NCBI GenBank assembly: GCA_976226885.1
Contig: OZ320321.1
Coordinates: 55,614,001-55,678,000, forward strand
Direction of reading: 5' to 3'
Source: Iphione sp. A-MEVVRFRX5
Lineage: Eukaryota
Length of the DNA stretch: 64,000 nucleotides
Shown piece after piece: positions 1-9,959 of this stretch (its first letter is position 1; each line of letters starts with the position of its first letter). The notes beneath the pieces were generated by a model. That model ran no database searches, had not been told where the DNA came from, and worked only from the letters and a program-made list of their open reading frames with translations. The position numbers were made by a program, and so were the translations under genes.

Positions 1-3000
1 TCCTCCCGGGGCCCGCCAGGCCCGCCGCCCACCACCTGTCCACCCAGTCCATTCTCCCATAGAGTCCATGCCGTGTCATTTACCTCTCTGCCTTCGAACA
101 AAGCGCCACCAATAGTCGTTCGGCTGCGCGAGACGTAAGTGTCCTGTGCTTTCTTCTGTCCTCTTGGCCAGGGTCTCTCTACATCTACATCTACTGCCAC
201 TAAAATCGGCCCTCGCCCGCCTGTTCGTGAGGCGAACTTGGGGTGTTTTCTTATTACATCGTCTGAGTTAGTAACAAACTGTAAAGCTTTATACAACGTA
301 TCCAAATGACCACTACCGAATAGATGATGCAAAAGCATTACGGCAGCTGCTGTTTTACCAATATGACTTTCCTTTCATCTACTCAATGTACAAATGTTAT
401 GGTGCTGGGGTCTCAGTGGTTGGAGACTCAAGTTACTGCTTGAAGGAAAAGCCTCCAGCCAGGGTGGATCCTACAAACAAGAAAATTTATTAAGACAAAT
501 ACAACATTTTTTTTTATACGGAGGCTAACCGAGTCATGTGATAGGTTTGACCCAATCGCAGGGCAGCAAGATGTAGCACTGCTATCAGATAACAGGATTT
601 CGCCATCCCGAGACATACTCTATCATGTCTTGAAATACCGAACTCAGAATAACTCTTCAGATCCAAAGGCCAGAATTTTCCATCTGGCTTGTATGTACAC
701 AGTTGGAATAACCTCATAGCATAGCGCTAACCGGATGTCATACCGCACCACGCCTCAGAAAGTAAAATAATGAAAAACCGTTTTTTTTACTGGATCCTAG
801 AAGTCGTTCATCCGTTCTAGTTAAGATGAATGTCTGCTACTGGCAGGTAAACGGTGCTTTGACATAAGACATTCTTAGGGAAAACACGTTGGATAAAAAG
901 AACACCGAAGTTGACATTGTACACAACGAATACACATTAGTTAATGCCTTCGGACATATAATGACAAAATAATGCGTTTGCATAGTTCCAAACAAACCTC
1001 TCAATCATATAACCTCCTGAACGAGAATTCCTGGCAAAAAAAGTATCTTCAGGATAACATCCGTTGATATTGTTTCTGCAAGCACATCCACTTTCAACTT
1101 TTTAAAGTATAGTTCCATTTGGAACAACACGGCATCCTGAATGACAACCATTGTGGTAGAAAACGCCAAGCCGCTTGATGACTATAGAGCAGAGGGTGGG
1201 CTGGAGCTGATACTAGGCCCATTTAGAAAATAAGAACAAGACTAATGAGGCTGATCTCAAATGAGACCTGGGAAGGCGTTGGAGTTGAGCGAAAGAAAAG
1301 AATCTTAACATGCAAACCTTTCGCAAAACTCAGAAGTGACTTGAAGGCTACTGGACACCGGTGAAAACACAGTTACTGAGGCAACCAAGCAACCCTTTGG
1401 GGACTGGGGGGTTAGGGGGCTTGTTGTAATCAGAGGCTGTCAAGAATAATACTTTACTCAGGGCAAACATGTTCAGCCACCTCCTAGCTGAGCGATGGAC
1501 AACCGACAAAGCGACTGGCCTTGTTCTAATATAGTACCCTCAGCGAACGAAGAACTCAGAGGAGAATGGAACAATCCATCTTGCTGCCGAATCTATAGAG
1601 AACTTGTTGAGAACTTGTTGAGAAGATAATTCACTTCTCTCACTAAAGTTATCACTACATATGGCATCCTTCCTTCACTGAATATAGGTTCTAGTATTAA
1701 TACGTGGTTTTCCCTCAATTCCACGGTGTCACATGATTGTACCTGAAGAAGAGTACATGGAAAAAAACAATTCTTCCTCGATCTGGTTAAACACAACAAT
1801 TTAGCACAGCAATGTCTGTGATGATTTGTAGCAATGTCTGTAATGATTTGTAGTTTCTCATAAGCAAAATGGCTACCATGCGTGCCAAAGTTTCAGCTGA
1901 TCAGTTATACTGCTCGCATCTGTGACTCTGAGTGTTTGACCGAAGGTTAGAGCCATCTTCTCTACTTGTACAGTCATATATCTTGCCCATTGGCAGGTCA
2001 ATCCATCAATGCTTCACTCTAAACAGTGGGTTTCAAATATGGTTGTAAATGGGATAAAAAAGAGAGAGATAACTGCTCCTATTGGTTGGAGAGTCCAAAA
2101 CCACAGCAAGCTCTATTCTAAATGACAGAGGTGATCTACTTGACTGTCACGAACTACATAAATTGACAGATGCCATTTTCGTGCGATTTAAAAAAATTAT
2201 ATTCGGCTTCACGATCGCTTACATCGAGGTGGTGAAAACCAGTTTTTAGCTGGATGCTTCCATCTCGTGCTGTATTATTAACAATTTATTCTTGTTCGAT
2301 GTTTTATTTACAATTAATAATCAAAAGCATTAAATGCCTGACCTAAGAATGTTCAACTAATCTCATTTGACATTTGCAATTTAAGACAATCACGCTCATT
2401 TAGGAGATTTTTTCAAACCTGAAAAGCTACATTATCGGTGATCCGATCGGCATCGTCGTCCCATAACAGTAAAATAAAAACTCACGTTAAAACATCGTGT
2501 TTCTCAAATCAACAGTGTACGAGAATACTTGGAACATAACTTGTATTTACTGATACTTTTGAGTGAACGTTGGTACCATCCGTACCAACATGGTCTTGCT
2601 GTTCGATTACGAATACATCTCATTCTAAGCTGCTTCAAGTGTCAGTTTTCCCAGACCACCTGTAATTTAAGTGTTTACTGAGTGTCACATTGAGTGTCCG
2701 GCAACTATCTCATCTGTCACTACCTTCAATGGGAAACACACATGTATCACGTCACGCCTAGGATGACATTTTCAGTCGTTTTTTTTCTCTTAATACTAGA
2801 CAATAGATGGAATGATCGCTTTGTCTCACAGTAGATATGATATATTTTATTCTACCTGAAATGTAGCTCGGTTGCCATATGTAAAAAAACACATTATGAA
2901 TATCCCAAGCTATTCTTTTGAAGAACCTGATCTCGTAGGTCATAAGCCTTTCGACAAAGGTGTATCCCCATGTTTATGTTGTATGTACAGGCCCCGAGAT

Positions 3001-3239
3001 AGTAAAATGCAGTCTTGCATCACTTATCTGATAACATATATTGAAGACATGGTCAATCTCAAATCTTCGTTAAGGCGACCGAGTAGTGTGTCTAAAGCCA
3101 GCTGACTCCACCTATATATATATATTATATATATATATGCAACTGTGTTTGGTTGCCATGGGAGCCTTAGTGTTTAAGGTCTCACTCTGTTGATTTAAGT
3201 TTTGTGGGGGGGGGGGGAAAGGCTAAGGTTGATCACTGG

Positions 3240-4370
3240 TTCCTTCGGTTTCGACTGGGTAGTCTCATTAGGCCTGTTTTCCTATAGTTTTGGATGCAGT
3301 GTGCATGACCAGAGATTGGTGACATTAAATGTTAAATTTTGAAAAAAAAATCCTGTGTGGGCTGGGGGGATTTTTTTTTATGACGAGGTAGGTGATCCTA
3401 TGTACTCTCCATCCATAATGTTCAGTCCATGGGGGGATATGCTTCTTTGTTTGTACATCCATTTTAATTCTAGGGTGTTCCTAGTGTTTCTGGAGATTTC
3501 TTGTTTGGGTGATTGGTGTATGAATTCTAAGACGCTTATATCTCATATTCTCAGTGTATTTGTGTCCATCTTTATTGAAATGTTCTCTAATCAGATTTTT
3601 GTTATTGTTGTGGGATATGTCATATAGGTGATTTCTGAACCTGTCTATGATCTTGTTTTTTGTTTGTCCCACATATGTAAGACTGCATGTATTACAACTT
3701 ATGGCATATATAAAGTTGCTACTGTTGCAGCTTATTTTAACTTTTGTTTCATATGTCCTCTCTGGGTTTTTGTTTGTGATTCTCCCTGTAGTATTGAGGA
3801 TGGGGTAATAACGGCAGTTTTTTGTATGGCAAGTATTTTTTCTTCTTGATTTTTTCTTCTCACAGTCCATAAAGCGTGCTCTCACCAGGTGGTCTCGTAG
3901 ATTAAACAGTCTTTTGTATGCTACAAGTAGATGATCATTTGTCAGGTCTTTGGTTGTTTGCGATCTGTTGAGATATTGCAAATTTTTCTTCACCATTGTT
4001 TCTAGTTCTATTGCTTCTGGATGATATGTTGTGATGAGGATGTTGGGGTTTTGTGTGAGGAATTGTAGTGGAGTAGACTGTTGACATCAGTAGGTTTGAT
4101 GTAAAGGTCTGTTTCTAGAGATTTGTCTTCTTCTTTGATTTTTATGGTGCTGTCTAGAAAGTCAACGCTCTCTCTTGAGCAGTGGACACTAAATTTTATG
4201 TGAGAGTCACTTTTTTGCAAGTTGTTTATGAAGTTGTTCAGTGTGTCTATGTCGTGTGGCCAGATGATAAGAATGTGATCTATGAATCTATAATAAGTCT
4301 TACGTAATTTCTCTTAAGTGTAGACATATTTGTCTTCAAAGTCGCTCATAAATAGGTTAGCGTAGGACTG
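3240..4370 (-). mobile_element. Decayed, 5'-truncated Penelope-like retroelement (RT C-terminal half + GIY-YIG endonuclease)
   Basis: Minus-strand translation gives SYANLFMSDFEDKY-stop-...YYRFIDHILIIW (RT motif 5 with the second D mutated), then IKFSVHCSRESVDFLDSTI...TDLYIKPTDVNSLLHYNSSH (RT thumb, ORF 4008-4220). Next are CNSSNFIYAISCNTCSLTYVGQTKNKIIDRFRNH...EHF (GIY-YIG with Penelope-type Cys/His, ORF 3481-3996) and, in another frame, TLELKWMYKQRSISPHGLN (~3415-3478). Stops and frameshifts are present. Confidence 0.92.
3415..3830 (-). pseudogene. GIY-YIG endonuclease domain of the Penelope-like element (frameshifted)
   Basis: IY...YVG-QT signature, conserved R (IIDRFRNH), and a C-terminal E-x-x-W...P-x-G-L-N motif in a shifted frame. 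Confidence 0.88.
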
Positions 4371-5460
4371 ATAACAGTTGTCGGGAAAATGGAGACCTGA
4401 AGTATATTCTCATAGCACATTTGACAGTAAGTTACCTGGGCGAAAATATACTAAATGATACGGAAGAGTCACCTGAACATGCCTTGACACAGAATCTCAT
4501 AAACCATCTACATGACCATGAAGTCTGATACCATGGATATCGTTACATTTAATTCGAGATTATTAGACCGAGAGGCAAAATATCTCAATCTCTGCTTCAG
4601 TGAAAATCATTCCATAACACTAACCCCAAAGTCATATGAATATTTCAAGTACAAAATAATATTCTGTTTTTCCGGGTAGGAAATGAGACACTAAAATTAA
4701 TGTTTCATATAAACAAGGACTCTTGAAACGTTTCGGGGGGCATTTTTGAAATATATGTGTACCATATCATAAATATTGTCCATCAATCTGAGGAAAAGAA
4801 AGGTATTCAATAAACTACGGATTGTTGCCAAGACAGTCAGTTTCATCACCGACGATAAAAATTAAAAAGGCCTGACACTCCAAAACTGAACGCAGGCGCC
4901 TGTATAATAAAACAAGGACCGATAATAAGAAAAAGATGATACCGTAAACTTTCAGTCTGAGCTAGAAAAGGTGCGCTTCTGTCTGCAGATTGATAAATGA
5001 GTTTATTGCTAAAGTAGACGTCCTTCAGTCATACAGAAACCCGACTGCCACGAATCAAAATAAATATGATTCGTCCGCGTCTCAAAGGAAATCTAAAGGT
5101 AGATTACTGTGAGGGACCTAAATTTTGTAATTCTCTCAATGTATTTAAACCATATGGTGTAAAATTAAGGCATCGTTAATTGGAAGAAATTCTATTATTT
5201 TTGCTAATCAAATGGCTGGTATTATAAATCATTCTCCTAAAAATCCGATTACTCAAATATGATGAAAAGATGTAATAAGGTGTATACTAAAAGGAAAAAA
5301 CAAACGTGAAGCTCAGAATTTATGTGCGATCAGTTATCCTTCTGTTATATTCCAAATGGATAGAACGAATTATTCATTAAACAATACGTAAGCTTTTAAC
5401 ATTTGAAAGACTCAAAGTTTCAGTCATCATGGCAAAAAGGTGACCAGTCTGATAATGGGT

Positions 5461-5587
5461 CATTACTCGCTAGGTATATCATGTAGAAATTGAACATTAA
5501 CGAACATTTGGGATAAATCTTTATTTTCTCTCACCCGACTTCATGTAAATTTGTTTGATTAAAACGAATATACATTGAATAAAAAGC
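5461..5587 (-). repeat. Split direct repeat B2 (3' terminus of element 1)
   Basis: Identical by eye to 5759-5885 (cattactcgctagg...cattgaataaaaagc). Confidence 0.97.
5520..5525 (-). terminator. Candidate poly(A) signal AATAAA in B2 (second copy in B1 at 5818-5823)
   Basis: tttatt on the plus strand is AATAAA on the element's sense strand, about 60 nt before the element end. Confidence 0.6.
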
Positions 5588-5632
5588 AAATAATTGTAAT
5601 AATAATTTGAGAGTTAGGGCGTGGTGGGGGGG

Positions 5633-5758
5633 CAAATCCAGCAACAGAGTGAGGGCGAGTGCCTGCACGTGTCAACTTTTATAGCCCTGCCAGAGGGAGG
5701 GGGCAAGGTATAATTAGCCACCCTCGCTCGCAATGATTCGCCATATCCATGCCAGCGC
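5633..5758 (-). repeat. Split direct repeat A2 (internal copy of the 5' terminus)
   Basis: Identical by eye to 9949-10074 (caaatccagcaacagag...catgccagcgc). Confidence 0.97.
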
Positions 5759-5885
5759 CATTACTCGCTAGGTATATCATGTAGAAATTGAACATTAACG
5801 AACATTTGGGATAAATCTTTATTTTCTCTCACCCGACTTCATGTAAATTTGTTTGATTAAAACGAATATACATTGAATAAAAAGC
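5759..5885 (-). repeat. Split direct repeat B1 (internal copy of the 3' terminus)
   Basis: Identical to 5461-5587; directly adjoins A2 to form the B|A circle-junction mimic. Confidence 0.97.
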
Positions 5886-5906
5886 CAAGAGGGGCGGGTG
5901 AGAGAA

Positions 5907-6905
5907 CTAGGCATCATGTAAGATTCGAGCTAATAGAGCAGCTACACTTTCTGCCTGAGATGTGTGTACATAACCCTGATAGGCATTGGACGCCCAGTTC
6001 CCAAATGCTTTAATACGGTGTATATCACATCCTTGCTGGTAGGCTAAGGTAGCGCCTGTGCGCCTGATGCTATGTAAAGAATATTGCTCAGGCGACAGAG
6101 ACAAAGTTAAAAGAATGTCTTTGAATTGGGAGCTCAACCACTGTGCTGTGACAGGAACCCGATCTCGAAGATGAACGAGGAGTGGCTGTTGGTGATGAGC
6201 AGTCGGGGTCGCTCGAAGCAGTGCCGCAAAGGCATTGATCACACAGAGTAGAGGGTCGTCCGCAGCCGGCAGACGAAGTACCCTGGACTGGTTGAATCCC
6301 TGCAACGTCTTGGACCATTTTTGCCGCACCCATAGGACGGAGCCTTGCTGTACGAGGTCCCCGCGGGTGAGGTGCCGCGTCGGATCGAATTCCATCGTAG
6401 ACCGCGGGGCGATCTCCGACTGGCGAAACCCTGTATAATAAAGGAGAAGAAAGGCAAAACGGAGGATGACAGCATGCGGCCGCTGGACAGCTCGACGGAG
6501 AAGCTCTTTCAATGTAGACGGCTCCAGCGGAAGTCGCGGCCTGACGACATGGGACTTGGTCCGCCGAACCGCATCCAGGGCAAGGCGAGCTGGACGGCTG
6601 TCAAAGTGGGATGATGAGAGGCCACGATCACGAAGAAACTCTCTGACAGATGAGATGGCGTTGAAGACCGATGCCGGAGACTTCATATATGAAGTCAAGT
6701 ATCGGACATACATGACGGCTTGCAGTACGCTCGGCGCGTCCGGGTCAACGCGAAACCTCCAGCAGAACGCCAAGTAGTTCGCTGCGGCTGCGCGGCGATT
6801 CGCCATGGTCCCCGGGGCGCGCGCTGAAGCCACCAACACGCGCGCGTCACGCACCAGTCGTGCCTCAACGGGATCTGAACAAAGAAAGAAAACACACAGG
6901 CCCAC
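5907..6905 (-). CDS. Tyrosine recombinase (YR) of element 1; coding probably begins at the splice acceptor 6875/6874
   Basis: Catalytic set R (YYTGFRQSEI), K (RQKWSKT), HxxR (YSLHSIRRTGAT), W and Y (FGNWASNAYQGY). The ORF-track start at 6905 is a GTG overlapping the RT stop, and its first 10 codons are a polypyrimidine tract. Confidence 0.95.
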   Translation of the reverse strand: MGLCVFFLCSDPVEARLVRDARVLVASARAPGTMANRRAAAANYLAFCWRFRVDPDAPSVLQAVMYVRYLTSYMKSPASVFNAISSVREFLRDRGLSSSHFDSRPARLALDAVRRTKSHVVRPRLPLEPSTLKELLRRAVQRPHAVILRFAFLLLYYTGFRQSEIAPRSTMEFDPTRHLTRGDLVQQGSVLWVRQKWSKTLQGFNQSRVLRLPAADDPLLCVINAFAALLRATPTAHHQQPLLVHLRDRVPVTAQWLSSQFKDILLTLSLSPEQYSLHSIRRTGATLAYQQGCDIHRIKAFGNWASNAYQGYVHTSQAESVAALLARILHDA

Positions 6906-8959
6906 TAAATGTCAGGCCACAAGTCACCAAAGTCAGGGTCAACGTTACTCAGGGAATCTGCTCTGATGAAGTCACCGGCTACGTAAGGGTACTTGGCATG
7001 AGTGTGCCAACGCGAGAGCGCATCAGCAAATGTCATCCTTTCGCCAGGGACGTGCTGATAGCTGATCTCCACACCCACACGGGCCTGGTGTAGCCACAAT
7101 GCCCGAGCACAAGCAAGCAACACTGGGTCACGGCCACGTCCCGTAGTGAAAACTTGCACGGCCGCTTGGTTGTCACACTGCACCACCACTACCTTGCCAG
7201 CCTCTTCCTCAGAGACAAATGTTCTCACCGCCACCATAACGTTCACTGCCTCGAGCTGTGTGATATGCATCCCGTCCAACTCAGGAGGCCGTGCCACGGC
7301 ATAGAAGGCTACATCATCTGCAGCCCCCAGTCCCTCAAGACACGCGTCAGCCATGATTACCTTAGCCACAGCCCTGTCCCCGATGATCGATGTCCCATTC
7401 CAGTCGCTAAGGAACCTACTAAACCATTCGAGGTCCCGCTTCGCCTCACGTCTCAGACGGAAGTGGCGCCCCTTTCCTGCCCGCAGCAGCTCCAACATCC
7501 TACTGACGAAGAGCCGTGCTGGCCGGACACACCTCGAGACATACAGGAGTTTACCTATAATGCTTTGCAGCTCCTTCTTCACGATGGTGCGACGCCCAAT
7601 CAGCTGATTCACGTCTCGCAGTATCTCTGCCACCTTCTGCTCGGGGACAGATATCGTCATTCCGTTTGTGTCGACAGTAACACCCAGCCACACGACACAG
7701 CGTGAGGGTGCCTGGGTCTTGTCCGTCGCCTCGGGCAGGCCCAACTCCTTGAACAGCTGCCTGGCACGATGAAATGCCTCGACCGCCGCCTGGAATCCAC
7801 AAGCAACAACTACCAAATCATCAAGGTACATGTAGCCCGTTATGCCTTCATTGCCCAGGATCCACACAAGTGCGTCCGCCAAGCGCTGCATATGGTTCGA
7901 GGAACACCTCGAACCAAATGGTATGCTTGTGTCCAGGTAGTACTTATTGTCCCAGTGAAATAGGAGCAGGGGCCAATCGAGGGGGCAGACAGGCAGGTTT
8001 TTATACGCTCTAGCCACATCCAATGTGAATAAGTGAGCCTCATGTCCCACCCCCCTAACCCTCGCCAAAAGTGCGTCAATGGTGGGCAAGGAATGGTCTC
8101 TTACAGTGCCTAAAACCATGTTCTTGGCCACAAATGCATTGACCGATGTCGCAGGGGGGTGGGACATATCTGTTATAATCCGTCTGGCATCAGAGTCTCT
8201 CTTCGGTCTCGTCATTAGAGGAGATGAGTGGCACCATTCGACAAACGGTGGTCTTTCAAACGGGCCCTTGAGTGAACCTGCAAGTGTTTCTTTCTGTATA
8301 TATGCGGCGACATGCTGTGGGAATTGAATTGCAGAGGGATGATTGGGCTGATCTATGTTCTCAGATGTAGGGCCAAGGTAGCCTAGTGGGAACCCATATG
8401 TGATAAGATCAACTATCTGTTGATCATGGTAGTTCCTGGCCAGATATGAACGCCATGCTTTAATATTCAAGGCTGATGTTATAGGAATTTTCGCACCTAC
8501 CACATTCGGGTTGCCATTCTCCTTCACCCTGCAGTAACATTCGACCATGTCGTATGGCAGAACCGTTCCATCTGGGGTAGGCCATTCCTTTCGTCGGTGA
8601 GCTGCGAGTGACTGTAAATCTGCAACACCTGTGAAATCAGGGTGATCCTGGGCACATTGATGGCGTATACAATCAAAGTCAAGGTTAACCTTACCGTGGT
8701 CATCGTTCCCATTATCGCAGCCAGGCAAGCATAAGTTGACCTCACCCAAAGGAGAGGTCGCCTTGCTGGCTGCCCTCAATCGTTTTTTGCTGCTGGCTGT
8801 TGCGTCTGCCGCGTGACTTGAGTAGCCGGTGTCTGCTTCTGTTGGGGGGGCTGAACCTGGGCAGGTGGGCGCTGAAAGGCAGTGTACTTTGACTTTTTTG
8901 AACAGACGGAATTGGAATGGCTGTGGCGGGCACCTGTGGCTGCGTGACAAAAAGCACAT
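6905..8959 (-). CDS. Reverse transcriptase + RNase H of element 1
   Basis: RT motifs FTLDVARAYKNLPV, SIPFGSRCSS, YMYLDDLVV. RNase H D-E-D-D: IMADACLEG, ITQLEAVN, VQCDNQAAV, TFADALSR. 684 codons uninterrupted; no protease or DDE integrase. Confidence 0.97.
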   Translation of the reverse strand: MCFLSRSHRCPPQPFQFRLFKKVKVHCLSAPTCPGSAPPTEADTGYSSHAADATASSKKRLRAASKATSPLGEVNLCLPGCDNGNDDHGKVNLDFDCIRHQCAQDHPDFTGVADLQSLAAHRRKEWPTPDGTVLPYDMVECYCRVKENGNPNVVGAKIPITSALNIKAWRSYLARNYHDQQIVDLITYGFPLGYLGPTSENIDQPNHPSAIQFPQHVAAYIQKETLAGSLKGPFERPPFVEWCHSSPLMTRPKRDSDARRIITDMSHPPATSVNAFVAKNMVLGTVRDHSLPTIDALLARVRGVGHEAHLFTLDVARAYKNLPVCPLDWPLLLFHWDNKYYLDTSIPFGSRCSSNHMQRLADALVWILGNEGITGYMYLDDLVVVACGFQAAVEAFHRARQLFKELGLPEATDKTQAPSRCVVWLGVTVDTNGMTISVPEQKVAEILRDVNQLIGRRTIVKKELQSIIGKLLYVSRCVRPARLFVSRMLELLRAGKGRHFRLRREAKRDLEWFSRFLSDWNGTSIIGDRAVAKVIMADACLEGLGAADDVAFYAVARPPELDGMHITQLEAVNVMVAVRTFVSEEEAGKVVVVQCDNQAAVQVFTTGRGRDPVLLACARALWLHQARVGVEISYQHVPGERMTFADALSRWHTHAKYPYVAGDFIRADSLSNVDPDFGDLWPDI

Positions 8960-9942
8960 ACATGTACAAGCTTAACAGAACCCTCCATATGGGAGTCCTG
9001 CTTTACTGAACATGCTCCTACACTATAGTTCGGACACACTGTCTCCATTTGACCCTGCTGTGATTCAACAGGGGCCATGCTCAAACGCAACCTTTCATAT
9101 GCAATTACATTCTGGTCTCTCCAAGATATTTCATTCCGCTCCAACATATCGAATACAGTATTTGACCACTTCCTCACGTTCTTCCAGGGCCGGTGTTGGG
9201 CGTCCTGGGCGACCCTGTGAAGGTGGTCCAACAGGTAGGGGCGGTCATGCGGGGAGACGGACCTCTCGTCTCGTAACATGGCTAAGTAAGCAGTAACAAA
9301 TTCATTAAATGTCATGTTCTCCCTACACTCACTACGGTCTTTGGTGGAGGTACAGCCCTCCCTATCAAGATACATATGAGGGCGGGGAAGAATGTTGCGA
9401 ATTCTATGGTCAAAATTACCTCGTGGTGGTGGAGCCGAGAGCCATGGCGCCGTGGCGTCGATGTAGGAGTCTATATATTGCTGGACGGCCGGGCCCTGTC
9501 TGAGATTCGCAGGGTCTGGGAATGGTGGCGGCGTGCTGGCATGGACTCCCGCCGGTGCAGAATACTGTGCATTGTATGTGTGTACTGACGGGAACAGAGG
9601 AGGTGCTTGGGAGAACTGGACCACCGTCGATGGTATAGTCGAAGCAGCCGCTGTGGTAATGTGCCCCTGTGACTGCACGGTGACCGGTGGCGTGGTGCCC
9701 GTTGTAGTCCCAGCGCTGACTGAAGCCTGAAAAACATTAGAGAAATCCATGAAATGGGTCTTCAGTTCTGCTAACTCTGTCACCGCTCTCTCCAATTTGT
9801 CGAGCCGGTCGACAACCCTTGGTTTCTTCTGACGTGCAGGGGTGTTCTCAGCCAAGTCAATATCAAGACCTGAGCCCTCATTCTGCGTTGTGTCTTCCTC
9901 GTGCGAGGCTGCCCCGCCATTCGGAACTTTCTTCGGTCCCAT
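8776..9942 (-). CDS. Gag-like ORF1 of element 1
   Basis: ATG at 9942 (MGPKK...) lies just downstream of A1 and the Inr. It has an N-terminal coiled-coil-like segment (VVDRLDKLERAVTELAELK), a core MTFNEFV...W..VRKWSNTVFD..ISW matching element 2 gag, and a C-terminal Cys/His cluster (CPNYSVGAC...H...HVCAFCH...HSH...C). Confidence 0.88.
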   Translation of the reverse strand: MGPKKVPNGGAASHEEDTTQNEGSGLDIDLAENTPARQKKPRVVDRLDKLERAVTELAELKTHFMDFSNVFQASVSAGTTTGTTPPVTVQSQGHITTAAASTIPSTVVQFSQAPPLFPSVHTYNAQYSAPAGVHASTPPPFPDPANLRQGPAVQQYIDSYIDATAPWLSAPPPRGNFDHRIRNILPRPHMYLDREGCTSTKDRSECRENMTFNEFVTAYLAMLRDERSVSPHDRPYLLDHLHRVAQDAQHRPWKNVRKWSNTVFDMLERNEISWRDQNVIAYERLRLSMAPVESQQGQMETVCPNYSVGACSVKQDSHMEGSVKLVHVCAFCHAATGARHSHSNSVCSKKSKYTAFQRPPAQVQPPQQKQTPATQVTRQTQQPAAKND

Positions 9943-9959
9943 TTCGTCCAAATCCAGCA

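Noticed and set aside
120-145. GTAAGT donor after a GC-rich window start, suggesting a first exon
   Set aside because: Isolated signal; no gene model can be built.
400-475. tRNA/SINE-like A-box (tctcagtggttgg) with a small hairpin
   Set aside because: No credible B-box, cloverleaf or tail.
1597-1853. Short perfect or near-perfect tandem duplications (11 bp at ~1597, 22 bp at ~1808; also 17 bp at ~17816, 23 bp at 40946, 13 bp at 50014)
   Set aside because: Two-copy slippage or repair duplications with no spacers; not CRISPR-like, and ordinary in animal genomes.
3206-3218. Many G/C homopolymer runs (e.g. ~3206, 19568, 34070, 43832, 47590, 51800) as G-quadruplexes
   Set aside because: Scattered, with no association to other features; likely a genome-wide mutational trait.
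5907-6905. YR ORFs read as bacterial/phage integrases or prophages
   Set aside because: They are linked to gag-like and RT/RNase H ORFs and split direct repeats in clearly eukaryotic DNA; no phage genes, operons or CRISPR arrays are present.
8893-8899. A-AAA-AAG slippery heptamer in the gag/RT overlap of element 1 (correct -1 register)
   Set aside because: Kept only as an alternative. G-ending heptamers are generally weak in eukaryotes, no clear downstream pseudoknot was identified, and element 2's RT is in the +1 frame, so it cannot be the shared mechanism.
6088-9737. Numerous 60-180 aa ORFs overlapping element 1, and similar ones in element 2 and the LINEs
   Set aside because: Antisense or alternative-frame shadows of GC-rich coding sequence, with no recognisable motifs.
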